A stretch of 64,000 nt of DNA, taken from positions 2,816,001-2,880,000 of the forward strand of contig OY781089.1 of the NCBI GenBank assembly GCA_963676565.1, written 5' to 3'. A program made the position numbers and the translations under genes. This stretch comes from Halarcobacter sp. (GTDB lineage: Bacteria; Campylobacterota; Campylobacteria; Campylobacterales; Arcobacteraceae). The notes beneath the pieces were generated by a model. It saw only the letters and a list, made by a program, of their open reading frames with translations, did not search any database and was not told where the DNA came from. Positions 53,417 to 63,504 of the stretch are shown in pieces (positions within the stretch are counted from its first letter, which is position 1; the number at the start of each line of letters is the position of its first letter).

Positions 53417-54844
53417 TTAGCAGTTAATTTCAATTTTAAATATGACGCCATCATCAATATTTTCAACTAAAATTTTTCCATTGTAACTTTCAATTATAAA
53501 TTTACAAATATAAAGACCAATACCTGAAGCTTCCTTCATATCCTTTGTTGAGAAATAAGGGTTGAAGATTTTATCAATTACATCTTTTGGTATTTGACCT
53601 GCATTGTTTTGAATAGTTATGACTTTTTTATTGTCAGTAATGAATGATTTTATGAAAATCTCTCTATTTTTTTTATTATTATTGACAAAGGCATCCTTCG
53701 CATTATTTATAATATTGATAAATATTTGTACAATCTCATTTTCATTACATTTAAAGTTAAAATTTTCTTTTAAATCTAAAATTATATTTATACTATGTTT
53801 ATCTAAGGAAGCTTTTAGAAGTCTGATTGATTGATTTGTGATTTTTTCTATATTACATTCTTCTCTTTGGGTTTTAGGAGAAAAAAAGTTTTTAAAATCA
53901 TCAATTGTATTTGACATAAAACTTATTTGATTAGCTCCTTCCTCAAGTTTTTTCATAAGTTTTTCATTTGTTAATTTACCCCTTTCACACATAAGCTCTA
54001 AATTTATAAACATTGAAGAAAGATGAGTAAGGGGTTGTTTCCATTGATGTGAAATATTTCCTATCATACTACCCATTACAGCTAATCTATTTTGGTGTTG
54101 TATTAACTTATCTTTTCTGTGTTGCAAAGCTTGATTTTTTTTAAAAATAGAAAAAATCAAACTTAACATCCCAATTAAAGCAAAAAACATTACAGAACCA
54201 CCTGTTAGAAACTGTTGTTTATGACTTTCAATGATTGTATTTACTGGAATTTTAACATAAATCATTGCTCTTAACTCACCAACTTTTTCATAAAAACCTC
54301 TAGAATCTCCGTAAACTTCAACTAAAGAAGTAGGTGCATCTTTTGGATTTCCATGACATTGTAAACAATCGCTAGTGTTCCTACTAGTAGGTTTTGCAAT
54401 AAAAAAATATGATTTATCATTCTCTTCTATCATTGAAAAATATTCTTTTATCTCTTCTGTCCTAAATTTATTTAATATTTTTTCTTCAAAAGGGGTTGCC
54501 ATATGGATTGGATTTAATGGATTGGTAGCAACAAGTTTATATTCATAATTTATTTCATTTTTTTCCCTTTGAACATCATATATATATTGAGAGATATAAG
54601 TAGAAGATAATAATCTTGAATCAAAGTATTTTGATGATTTTTTTGAATCAATTAAATCATATAAAACTGGTCTTTGTATAGTTTCAATATATGTTCTAAT
54701 TGCATTCATACTATTTAGAATTGAAGTTGCTACATTTTTTGTATCTTTTATAGCTAATTGCTTATAGAAGTTGTAAAAAAATGCTGTTAATAGCATATAT
54801 AATACAATAAATAAAGATACTACAAATCTAAAATTAAATTTCAC
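53417..54844 (-). CDS. mccS: Sensor histidine kinase MccS with periplasmic c-heme (DUF3365-like) domain
   Basis: Two TMs, CLQCH, ISHQWKQPL H-box, PYFSTK..GIGLY. Confidence 0.88.
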   Translation of the reverse strand: MKFNFRFVVSLFIVLYMLLTAFFYNFYKQLAIKDTKNVATSILNSMNAIRTYIETIQRPVLYDLIDSKKSSKYFDSRLLSSTYISQYIYDVQREKNEINYEYKLVATNPLNPIHMATPFEEKILNKFRTEEIKEYFSMIEENDKSYFFIAKPTSRNTSDCLQCHGNPKDAPTSLVEVYGDSRGFYEKVGELRAMIYVKIPVNTIIESHKQQFLTGGSVMFFALIGMLSLIFSIFKKNQALQHRKDKLIQHQNRLAVMGSMIGNISHQWKQPLTHLSSMFINLELMCERGKLTNEKLMKKLEEGANQISFMSNTIDDFKNFFSPKTQREECNIEKITNQSIRLLKASLDKHSINIILDLKENFNFKCNENEIVQIFINIINNAKDAFVNNNKKNREIFIKSFITDNKKVITIQNNAGQIPKDVIDKIFNPYFSTKDMKEASGIGLYICKFIIESYNGKILVENIDDGVIFKIEINC

Positions 54845-55523
54845 ATTTATATCCTAAGCCGTATATATTTGTTATAAATGTACCATCTATTTTTTTTCTT
54901 AATTCTTTTACAATTGCTTTTACAGCTTCTTTTGTAGGTTTATCATAATCCCACATATAATCTAAAATATTATCAAATGTTAAAACTTGATTTTTATTTT
55001 TTAAGAAGTATTCTAAAAGTCTACTTTCACTTTTTGATAATTGAATTATTTTTTTCTTGTTTTCAATTGCTTTAATACAAAAATTATAGTTTGACTCATC
55101 TGTTAATTTAATATTTAAATTATAATCAACTAATTCCATTGCCACAATTCTTAATGCTTCAATTAATTCACTTTTATTAAAAGGTTTTGTTAAGTATTTT
55201 GAAATTTTTAAATCAACTGCTCTCCAAAGATACTCTTGTTCTGTATGGGCAGAAAGTATAATAACAGGAATTTTCTTATTTTTTTCACGAATTTTTTTAA
55301 CAGCTTCTAAACCATCCATTATTGGCATAGATATATCAAAAATTAAAATATCATAATAATTTCCACTAACTTCTTCTAATGCTTTTTCGCCATCATTTAC
55401 AGCAAAAACATCTTCAAAAAAGAGATCAAGAATCTCAGTGATCTCTTCTAAAATACCTTTATTATCGTCAGCGCAAAGCACTTTTTTATTAACTAAAATA
55501 TCTAATTCGTCAAACTCTTTCAT
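54834..55523 (-). CDS. mccR: OmpR-family response regulator MccR
   Basis: ADD, DISMP, TKPF, winged helix ending YGLGYK. Confidence 0.88.
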   Translation of the reverse strand: MKEFDELDILVNKKVLCADDNKGILEEITEILDLFFEDVFAVNDGEKALEEVSGNYYDILIFDISMPIMDGLEAVKKIREKNKKIPVIILSAHTEQEYLWRAVDLKISKYLTKPFNKSELIEALRIVAMELVDYNLNIKLTDESNYNFCIKAIENKKKIIQLSKSESRLLEYFLKNKNQVLTFDNILDYMWDYDKPTKEAVKAIVKELRKKIDGTFITNIYGLGYKCEI

Positions 55524-55690
55524 GAATGAACTTTCATTTATAATTTTAAAAACTATTCTACATCCATGAAAATTAATAAGAGATTAAATTTATATTATAA
55601 GTTTTATCTAAGATTGGACTAACTTACTATTTTATATCTTCTATTTCGAATAGTTTTAAGAAAGTTAGCCAAACTCTTATCAAATAATTT

Positions 55691-56074
55691 TTAATGTTTG
55701 TGATCATGGGAATGTGAATGTGAGTTTTCATGATTTTTTATTATAAGATTCATTTTCTCTTCATTCAATACTTCTAAATCTTTATTATTATATTTTTCAA
55801 TTAATTCATTACTAGTAATTCTATCATCACCTGCATAATAGATATTGATACTTGTATCTTTTAATTTTTTATATGGATTTATCCCCATCTCTTTTATTAC
55901 AATATCTTTTACACCTTTTTTTAAAAACCAATTTATTAATTCAGATCCATGATCAAATGGGTTTTTCTCAACTGTTAAATTAGCACCATCATAAAAAGCA
56001 AAATATTTTGCTTTTCCAAATAATGGTGATATGGCACTATTTTCTTTATTTGTTTTTACGGGAAATGTAATCAT
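55691..56074 (-). CDS. NifB/NifX-family protein with His-rich tail
   Basis: SPLFGKAKYF, EMG; C-terminus HENSHSHSHDHKH. Confidence 0.7.
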   Translation of the reverse strand: MITFPVKTNKENSAISPLFGKAKYFAFYDGANLTVEKNPFDHGSELINWFLKKGVKDIVIKEMGINPYKKLKDTSINIYYAGDDRITSNELIEKYNNKDLEVLNEEKMNLIIKNHENSHSHSHDHKH

Positions 56075-56125
56075 TTTTAATCCTTATATATTATTTATTA
56101 CTATTTTGTTAAATTTACAAAATTA

Positions 56126-56221
56126 TCAAATTTTCTTTATATTTCTTAAAATTAATCTATAAGAAATATAAATAACAAGAGGCCACGTACATAGCCAAAT
56201 TATTGAACTTAAATATTCCAT
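56126..56221 (-). CDS. 31-aa single-TM protein, putative small subunit of cytochrome bd (CydY/CydX-like)
   Basis: Not in ORF track. MEYLSSIIWLCTWPLVIYISYRLILRNIKKI; AGGA RBS 7 nt upstream; 11 bp after the cydB stop. Confidence 0.75.
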   Translation of the reverse strand: MEYLSSIIWLCTWPLVIYISYRLILRNIKKI

Positions 56222-56232
56222 TGAGCCATCCT

Positions 56233-57366
56233 TTAATAAGTATGTGCATGAGGATCTTCTATCTCCTCTTTTGTAATTTTCACCTTATCCATTTGCATCC
56301 ATGCATAAAAAATATACGCTAATACAAAAGGAACCATAAGTGCCACATAAGACATCACAGTCAATGTATAATGGCTTCCTGAACTATTTATAATAGTTAG
56401 TGAACTTTGTAGGTCAAAACTTGATGGATAGTATGAGGTATTATTAAGTCCTACATTTAAAAATAGAGCCATAACAGTTAAAACAACACCTAATCCACCA
56501 GTTTTGATACAACAAGTTTTATTAAAATGTATTGTTAAAAACACTGCAATAACTACCATTAATATACCAATTATAAACATTCCTAAAACAAAAGGCATCT
56601 CTAAAAAGTTTATTAGATACTTATACTCTTGCATATAAATTTTTAAGTTTTCATCATAAGCAAAACCTGTTTTTGTGAATAAAAGAGATAAAAATAGTAA
56701 AAAGAAAACTAAAAAAATGGGCATATCTATTTTGATACTTTTGATTGCCCTTTCCCTTATAGTCTCATTATCAATATTATTTATAAAATACAATGCACCT
56801 AAAATTCTAACTAAGAAAAAAAGTGCAAAGCCTAAACTTAGATTAAATATTGAAGATAAAGCTTCTAAACCTCTCATTGAAGTATGCCAATGTGAAAAGT
56901 TATTTTCATCTACACTAAAAGCAGAACCAGAAAAAAATGTTGCAATGGCAACTCCAAGTAAAATTACACCTAAACTTCCATTTATAAATAAAAAAGTTTC
57001 ATATACTTTTTGACCTAAAAAATTGTTTGGTTTCTTTCTATACTCATAACTAACTGCTTGAATAATAAAACAAAATAATATTGCCATCCATACCCAATAT
57101 GCTCCACCAAAACTAGTAGAATAAAAAAGTGGGAAAGCAGCAAATAATGCCCCACCAAATAAGACTAAAGTAGTAAATCCAAGCTCCCATTTTCTACCAA
57201 GGGAGTTTATTAACATAGTTTTATATGTTTCATCACCTCTAGCAACTCTTCCTAAAAGTGTCTGACCACCTTGAACAAACATAATAAAGCCAAATAATCC
57301 TCCCAGAAGTGAAATTATTATCCACCAAAACTGTTGTAATTGTAATAATGTTAATTCTTCAAACAT
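56233..57366 (-). CDS. cydB: Cytochrome bd oxidase subunit II
   Basis: GRKWE, GGALFAAFP, SLTIINSSGS; start moved to ATG 57366. Confidence 0.92.
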   Translation of the reverse strand: MFEELTLLQLQQFWWIIISLLGGLFGFIMFVQGGQTLLGRVARGDETYKTMLINSLGRKWELGFTTLVLFGGALFAAFPLFYSTSFGGAYWVWMAILFCFIIQAVSYEYRKKPNNFLGQKVYETFLFINGSLGVILLGVAIATFFSGSAFSVDENNFSHWHTSMRGLEALSSIFNLSLGFALFFLVRILGALYFINNIDNETIRERAIKSIKIDMPIFLVFFLLFLSLLFTKTGFAYDENLKIYMQEYKYLINFLEMPFVLGMFIIGILMVVIAVFLTIHFNKTCCIKTGGLGVVLTVMALFLNVGLNNTSYYPSSFDLQSSLTIINSSGSHYTLTVMSYVALMVPFVLAYIFYAWMQMDKVKITKEEIEDPHAHTY

Positions 57367-57367
57367 A

Positions 57368-58894
57368 TCAGTGCCCTCCTTCAGGGCCAATTTTTATCTG
57401 ACCTATCATGATTTTTATCTCGGCAATTAAAAGTGCTGTAAATAAAAAAGCAAACATAAAAAATGTAATTTTTACATTTGATGTTGAGATATCAGTAACA
57501 GCAACGCCAACTGGCATTAAATCCTGTATTGCCCAAGGTTGTCTTCCAACTTCTGCAACAATCCAACCTACCTCACTTGCAATATATCCTAAAGGTATAG
57601 AAGCAACAGAAGCTATCAAAAGCCACTTATAGTTTAAGATATCTCTTTTAAGTGTAAAGAAAAGTAGTAAAGCAAATAAAAATAAAAACCAAGCACCAAG
57701 TGCAACCATTAAGTGAAAAGTGTAAAAGGTCAAAGGGATTGGAGGAACAATATCTTCAGGGGTTTTTAAATGTCCATATCCAAAATATTTCATATTTTCA
57801 ATTAGAATATTTTCATATTTTTGGATATTTTCCACATTATTTTCTCTTTTTGCTTTTTTATACTCTTTTAAAGCATTTATAGCAATTTTCCCTTTATCAA
57901 TCTTACTTTGAGCTGATTCAATATTATATTTTTCATTTCCATAAACTAAATCTTTAAGTCCAGGGACAAAGGCATGAATATCATGGTAAGCTAAAAAAGA
58001 AAGAGCATATGGTGCTTCAAGTTCAAATAAAAATACCTCTTCCTCATTTGTTAAAGTTTTTTTAGGATTTAATACTCCAATTCCAACAATTCCTGCATCA
58101 TTTCTTCCTTCATACAATCCTTCCATCGCTGCTAATTTTACAGGTTGTTTAAGGGCAACTTGATGTGCTGATTCATCACCTGTTATAGTGATAAATATTG
58201 AAGTGATTAGCCCAAAACTAGCAGCTACGATGATTGATTTTTTAGCAAATTCAATCTCTCTTCTTTTTAATAAGTACCAAGCTGAAATTCCAACAACAAA
58301 AAGTGAAGCTACAATATATCCACTTGAGATAGTGTGCAAGAATTTTGAAATGGCAACAGGAGAAAAGATTACATCCCAAAAGTTTTCCATCTCATTTCTA
58401 ACTGTATCTGGATTAAATTTCATTCCAGTGGGATATTGCATCCAACCATTTGCAACTAAAATCCACAAAGCACTCAAATTTGAACCAACTGCAACAAGCC
58501 AAGTTGAAAGAAGATGAAAACCTTTAGAAACTTTATCCCACCCAAAAAACATAACAGCAAAAAAAGTTGATTCCATAAAAAATGCTAAAATTCCCTCTAC
58601 CGCTAAGGGTGCTCCAAAAATATCTCCTACAAACCAAGAATAATTTGCCCAGTTTGTTCCAAATTCGAACTCCATTATAATTCCAGTTGCGACACCAATT
58701 GCGAAGTTTATTGCAAATAGAGTCATCCAAAATTTTGTTGTTTTTTTCCAAAATTCATCACCTGTTTTTACATAAATTGTTTCCATTATTGCAATAATAA
58801 AACCAAGTCCTAAAGTTAAAGGAACAAAAAGCCAATGATATATTGCAGTAAGTGCAAATTGAGCCCGTGACCAGTCTACTAAATGCTCTTCCAT
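57368..58894 (-). CDS. cydA: Cytochrome bd oxidase subunit I
   Basis: SRAQFALTAIYHWLFVP, FEFGTNW, QPVKLAAMEG, EVGRQPW. Confidence 0.96.
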   Translation of the reverse strand: MEEHLVDWSRAQFALTAIYHWLFVPLTLGLGFIIAIMETIYVKTGDEFWKKTTKFWMTLFAINFAIGVATGIIMEFEFGTNWANYSWFVGDIFGAPLAVEGILAFFMESTFFAVMFFGWDKVSKGFHLLSTWLVAVGSNLSALWILVANGWMQYPTGMKFNPDTVRNEMENFWDVIFSPVAISKFLHTISSGYIVASLFVVGISAWYLLKRREIEFAKKSIIVAASFGLITSIFITITGDESAHQVALKQPVKLAAMEGLYEGRNDAGIVGIGVLNPKKTLTNEEEVFLFELEAPYALSFLAYHDIHAFVPGLKDLVYGNEKYNIESAQSKIDKGKIAINALKEYKKAKRENNVENIQKYENILIENMKYFGYGHLKTPEDIVPPIPLTFYTFHLMVALGAWFLFLFALLLFFTLKRDILNYKWLLIASVASIPLGYIASEVGWIVAEVGRQPWAIQDLMPVGVAVTDISTSNVKITFFMFAFLFTALLIAEIKIMIGQIKIGPEGGH

Positions 58895-59106
58895 TAGTTA
58901 TCCTTTATAAGATTTTTTAATACAAATTCTATTTTTTCATTATCACTTTTGTATTCAGTTTTAATAGTTTTGTCATAAACAAAAATATTCAAAAAAAGTA
59001 GTATTACAATTAACTTTATAATAATAAGTTTCCATAAAGTTCTGCCTATTTTTAGGTTTTGGAAACCTTCTTTGTAAAGTAGATATATATTAGTTAGTTT
59101 ACTCAT
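58894..59106 (-). CDS. DUF4492-like small protein upstream of cydA
   Basis: YKEGF...GRTLWKLIIIKL; 1-bp overlap with cydA start. Confidence 0.8.
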   Translation of the reverse strand: MSKLTNIYLLYKEGFQNLKIGRTLWKLIIIKLIVILLFLNIFVYDKTIKTEYKSDNEKIEFVLKNLIKDN

Positions 59107-59136
59107 ACTTATAACTTTTATAATTTATTTTTATGT

Positions 59137-59168
59137 ATTATACTCCAAGTAAGTTAATTTTATGTTAA
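59137..59168 (-). promoter_or_regulatory. Putative cyd promoter: TTAAC-N6-TTAAC repeat then TATAAT
   Basis: Minus strand TTAACATAAAATTAACTTACTTGGAGTATAAT. Confidence 0.45.
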
Positions 59169-59399
59169 ATTAATTATAAGTTTAAATTATAATATACTGG
59201 ATGTTTATTAGTATTAAATCAAAAATATTTTGAAGTTAAAGAATTTGATTTACATGTTTTTTGATTGTATTATGTGTATTTTATGATTTTTAAAAGGAAA
59301 AGTTTTAGGGCGTATTTAATTAGCATTGAAGTTTTAGTTTTCTTCTAAAAGAATATTTCAAAAGTTTTTGCAAGCTCTTGAAAATACCCATTTAGAAAA

Positions 59400-60050
59400 C
59401 TAACTAACTATTTTATAACCTCTATGTCGAATAGTTTCAATAAAGTTATCATCGAACTCTTTTTTCAAGGCATTTCTTATTAGATTAATATTAACTTCAA
59501 TAACATTATCAGATACCATTTCTGGTTCTTCCCAGTTTGTTTGAAGTAGTTCATCTTTTGAAATAGAACCTCTGTGTCTATTTTTTAAAAGATAAGCAAG
59601 AATTGAAAATGACTTACCTTTTAAATTCACTACATTTTCATTGTCATCAAATAATTGTTCATTTTTCATGTTAACAATAAACTTATCTTTATATAAGATG
59701 TTTTCTTGGAAATTTTCCCTATGAATTGATTCTATTTTTGTTAATAAATATGTTGTAGACACAGGCAAATGAAGTATATCCATTGCACCATTTTTTAATA
59801 AATCTACTTGAAACTCTTTTGAAGGTTCATTACAAATAAATATCACAGCAGTAAATCTACAATTAATATTTTCTAAAATATTTTTACAATCATAATAACT
59901 GCTTGAATTCACAAGTATCATATTATAATATCTTACTTTGCTATGATAAATAGCATCATCCATATCTTCTGCCACATCTACTATATAAAGGTTATTCTCT
60001 TCTAAATGTTCAATAATTTTTTCATCAATATTATATGATAATAATCTCAT
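59400..60050 (-). CDS. Atypical OmpR-family regulator, HsrA/CosR-like
   Basis: LKGK..WEEPEMVSDNVIEVNINLIR..ETIRHRGY; receiver lacks canonical Asp and Lys. Confidence 0.75.
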   Translation of the reverse strand: MRLLSYNIDEKIIEHLEENNLYIVDVAEDMDDAIYHSKVRYYNMILVNSSSYYDCKNILENINCRFTAVIFICNEPSKEFQVDLLKNGAMDILHLPVSTTYLLTKIESIHRENFQENILYKDKFIVNMKNEQLFDDNENVVNLKGKSFSILAYLLKNRHRGSISKDELLQTNWEEPEMVSDNVIEVNINLIRNALKKEFDDNFIETIRHRGYKIVS

Positions 60051-60223
60051 ACTACCTCTACTTTTTTAATATACGCTTTTACTTTATTATTGTCCGAATA
60101 ATACATAATTTATGATAAATTCTAACTTATTTTATGTATTTTTTTTTATTAAATCAGTCTTTTTTTATCTTATATTAAGTTTTAAATGAAATAATAGGGT
60201 AAATTAACTAATAGGGAGTTAAT

Positions 60224-61420
60224 ATCGAATCCAAAAAGAAAAAATTAATTGTTAAAAATGTATACAAGGTTTTTGGGGAACATCCCAAAAAAGCTTTAAA
60301 TATGTTATCGCAAGGTCTAAGCAAAGAGGAGATTTTTGACAAAACTTCTATGACTATAGGTGTCCAAGATGCAAGTTTTGAGATAAATGAAGGAGAAATC
60401 TTTGTAATTATGGGGCTATCAGGCTCAGGGAAATCTACACTTGTAAGATTACTAAATAGACTTATTGAACCTACTTCTGGTCAGATTATAATTGACCAAA
60501 CAGATATCACAAACTTAAATGACAAAGAATTAATTGATATTAGAAGAAAAAAAATATCAATGGTTTTTCAATCTTTTGCATTAATGCCTCATATGAACAT
60601 TATTGATAATGTTTCATTTGGCTTAGAATTAAGTGGTGTTGAAAAAAATGAAAGATATGAAGCAGCAAGAAAAGCTTTGGCACAAGTAGGACTTGCACAA
60701 CATGAACTTTCATATCCAGATGAACTAAGTGGTGGTATGCAACAAAGAGTAGGACTTGCAAGAGCCTTAGCAAATAATCCAGATATCATGTTAATGGATG
60801 AAGCTTTTTCAGCACTTGATCCACTAATTCGTACAGAAATGCAAGATGAGTTACTAGAACTTCAAGAAAAAGAGAAAAGAACTATTGTCTTTATTTCTCA
60901 TGACTTAGATGAAGCCATAAGAATTGGAGATAGAATTGCTATTATGCAAAATGGTGAAATTGTTCAAATAGGAACACCTGAAGAGATTATAAATGAACCA
61001 GCAAATGATTATGTTAGGTCATTTTTCAAAGGGGTTGATGTAACTTCAGTATTAAATGCTTCACATATAGTAAGAAAGATTAGACCAACTATTATCAATA
61101 AAGAAAGTACAGGGGTTAAATCAGCACTACAATATATAAGTGATTTTGATGAAGATTATGCATATTTCATTGAAAAAAGTGGTAAATATATTGGAATATT
61201 AACTTTAGAATCTTTAAAAGAGCAAAAAGAGCTTGGTGGATCTATTCATGACGCAGTTATAGATGAAGAACCAATTGATGAAGATATGCAAATTTCAGAT
61301 TTTATAACACATGTTGCAGAGCATACTTTCCCAACTGCAGTTATAGATAAGAATGGAAAATACAAAGGTACTATTTCAAAAAGTAGATTACTTAAAGTAT
61401 TTGATGAAGGAGTAGAATAA
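60224..61420 (+). CDS. proV: Glycine betaine/proline ABC transporter ATPase; probable ATC start at 60224 (first ATG 60302)
   Basis: [15 protein letters not shown] lies in frame upstream of the first [25 protein letters not shown]-terminal CBS-like region. Confidence 0.9.
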   Translation: MESKKKKLIVKNVYKVFGEHPKKALNMLSQGLSKEEIFDKTSMTIGVQDASFEINEGEIFVIMGLSGSGKSTLVRLLNRLIEPTSGQIIIDQTDITNLNDKELIDIRRKKISMVFQSFALMPHMNIIDNVSFGLELSGVEKNERYEAARKALAQVGLAQHELSYPDELSGGMQQRVGLARALANNPDIMLMDEAFSALDPLIRTEMQDELLELQEKEKRTIVFISHDLDEAIRIGDRIAIMQNGEIVQIGTPEEIINEPANDYVRSFFKGVDVTSVLNASHIVRKIRPTIINKESTGVKSALQYISDFDEDYAYFIEKSGKYIGILTLESLKEQKELGGSIHDAVIDEEPIDEDMQISDFITHVAEHTFPTAVIDKNGKYKGTISKSRLLKVFDEGVE

Positions 61421-62439
61421 TGAGTACTGACCCATGGGGAAATGCCTCAACAGCACAAGATCAAAAAGAATCATCAGTAAACTGGACAGATGAAGCAGCT
61501 AATGCACCCGTTGAAGAGACAAAAGATTTTGATATATTAAATCCATTTGAAGATTCTATTATTCCTTTTGATGAGTGGACAAATAATGGAATTGATTGGT
61601 TAGTTGAAAACTTTAGAGATGTTTTCTTGGCCGCTAAAGCTCCAATTGATATAGTTTTAAAGGCTATTGAATCTTTTTTACTATTTTTAAATCCATACGT
61701 AGTGATTCTATTTTTTGTACTTTTAGCTTTACAATTTTCAACTAAAAAACTAGCAGTTGGAACTCTTTTTTCATTTTTTGTGATTGGATTTATTGGAGCT
61801 TGGGAGCAATCTATGATTACCCTAGCCTTAGTTATAACAGCTGTAATATTCTCTGTAATTATTGGTCTACCCCTTGGAATTTGGAGTGCCAAAAGTGATA
61901 CAGTTGATAAAACATTAAGACCAATTCTTGATGCTATGCAAACAACGCCAGCATTTGTTTACCTAATTCCAATTGTTATGTTATTTGGTATTGGTAATGT
62001 TCCAGGTGTTATTGTAACAATTATATTTGCTCTTCCTCCATTAATTAGGCTTACAAACCTTGGTATTAGACAAGTACCTGAGGATTTAATTGAAGCTTCT
62101 AGATCTTTTGGGGCAAGCTCTAAGCAAATGCTTTGGAAAGTTCAAATTCCTGTAGCAATGCCAACTATTATGGCAGGAATCAACCAAACACTTATGCTTG
62201 CTCTTTCTATGGTTGTAATCGCTTCTATGATAGCAGTAGGAGGTCTTGGTCAAATGGTATTAAGAGGAATAGGTAGATTAGATATTGGTCTAGCGGCTGT
62301 TGGGGGATTAGGAATTGTTTTACTTGCCGTTATCTTAGATAGATTAACACAAGCAATGGGACAAAAAGATAAATCAGATAAAACTAGATGGTTCCAAAAA
62401 GGTCCAGTTGGTTTTGTTTACAATTTAATGAAAAAATAA
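61420..62439 (+). CDS. proW: Glycine betaine/proline ABC permease
   Basis: [37 protein letters not shown]. Confidence 0.93.
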   Translation: MSTDPWGNASTAQDQKESSVNWTDEAANAPVEETKDFDILNPFEDSIIPFDEWTNNGIDWLVENFRDVFLAAKAPIDIVLKAIESFLLFLNPYVVILFFVLLALQFSTKKLAVGTLFSFFVIGFIGAWEQSMITLALVITAVIFSVIIGLPLGIWSAKSDTVDKTLRPILDAMQTTPAFVYLIPIVMLFGIGNVPGVIVTIIFALPPLIRLTNLGIRQVPEDLIEASRSFGASSKQMLWKVQIPVAMPTIMAGINQTLMLALSMVVIASMIAVGGLGQMVLRGIGRLDIGLAAVGGLGIVLLAVILDRLTQAMGQKDKSDKTRWFQKGPVGFVYNLMKK

Positions 62440-62448
62440 GGAGAGATT

Positions 62449-63423
62449 ATGAGTATTAAAAAACTTTTAGTAGGTGCTGTTGCATCAGTTGCAGCAGCTT
62501 CATCACTATTTGGGGCAAAGGTTACAGCAGTAAAAACATCAATCGCTGAAGAGGGATTTCAGATGAATATTGTTGTGGAAGTTTTGAAAAAAATGGGACA
62601 TGAAGTTGAAGTTACAAATGATGTAAGTTATGATATTGCATATCAAACTATTGCAAATAATGCTAAAAGTGATGATGTATATTTTATGGCAGCAAATTGG
62701 GATCCATTACATAAAGGGAAAATAGAAGCCCTAGGAAAAGATAAATTTTTTCAATCAGGTGAATATATCTCAGGATGTGCACAAGGTTATTTAATTGATA
62801 AAAAAACAGCTGATAAATATAATATCAAATACTACAATGATCTAAAAAAACCAGAAATTGCAAAACTGTTTGATTTAAATGGAAATGGAAAAGCTGATTT
62901 AACTGGTTGTAATGCTGGTTGGGGATGTGAAAAAGTTATTGAGCATCAATTAGATGCATTTGATATGAGAGGAGTAGTTGAACATAATCAAGGTGAATAC
63001 TCAGCACTAATTGCAGATACTATTGCAAACTATAAAACTGGTAAACCAATTCTTTACTATACATGGACTCCATACTGGGTTTCAGGTAAATTAGTTCCTG
63101 GTAAAGATGTAGTTTTCTTACAAGTTACAAAATCTGCTAGTCCAAATGGCTACTCTACAAAATTACCAAATGGTGCTGACTATGGTTTTGCTGTAAACTC
63201 TCAAAAAATTGTAGCAAATGCAACTACAGCTACTAAACACAAAGATATAGCTAAACTTTTCAATTTAATGAAACTTGATGTTAATGATGTATCAGGAGAA
63301 AATATGTTAATGGCAGATGGTCAAAATAAAGAGAAAGATATTGCTAGACATGCTAAAAAATGGCTTGAAGCAAACAAAGCTAAAGTTGATGCTTGGATTA
63401 AAGAAGCAAAAGCTGCTAAATAA
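62449..63423 (+). CDS. proX: Glycine betaine/proline binding protein
   Basis: Signal peptide; WDPLH, GCNAGWGCE, YTWTPYWVS. Confidence 0.92.
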   Translation: MSIKKLLVGAVASVAAASSLFGAKVTAVKTSIAEEGFQMNIVVEVLKKMGHEVEVTNDVSYDIAYQTIANNAKSDDVYFMAANWDPLHKGKIEALGKDKFFQSGEYISGCAQGYLIDKKTADKYNIKYYNDLKKPEIAKLFDLNGNGKADLTGCNAGWGCEKVIEHQLDAFDMRGVVEHNQGEYSALIADTIANYKTGKPILYYTWTPYWVSGKLVPGKDVVFLQVTKSASPNGYSTKLPNGADYGFAVNSQKIVANATTATKHKDIAKLFNLMKLDVNDVSGENMLMADGQNKEKDIARHAKKWLEANKAKVDAWIKEAKAAK

Positions 63424-63425
63424 TT

Positions 63426-63452
63426 AAAATAAGGGTTTATCACCCTTATTTT
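63426..63452 (+). terminator. Intrinsic terminator after proX
   Basis: AAAATAAGGGT-TTATC-ACCCTTATTTT. Confidence 0.8.
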
Positions 63453-63504
63453 TAATATATTTTTTATATAATTACATACTTTATAATTTAAAAAAAGGAA
63501 ATTG

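Noticed and set aside
59353..59385. Imperfect hairpin downstream of the HsrA-like regulator
   Set aside because: Mismatched AT-rich stem; too weak to call a terminator
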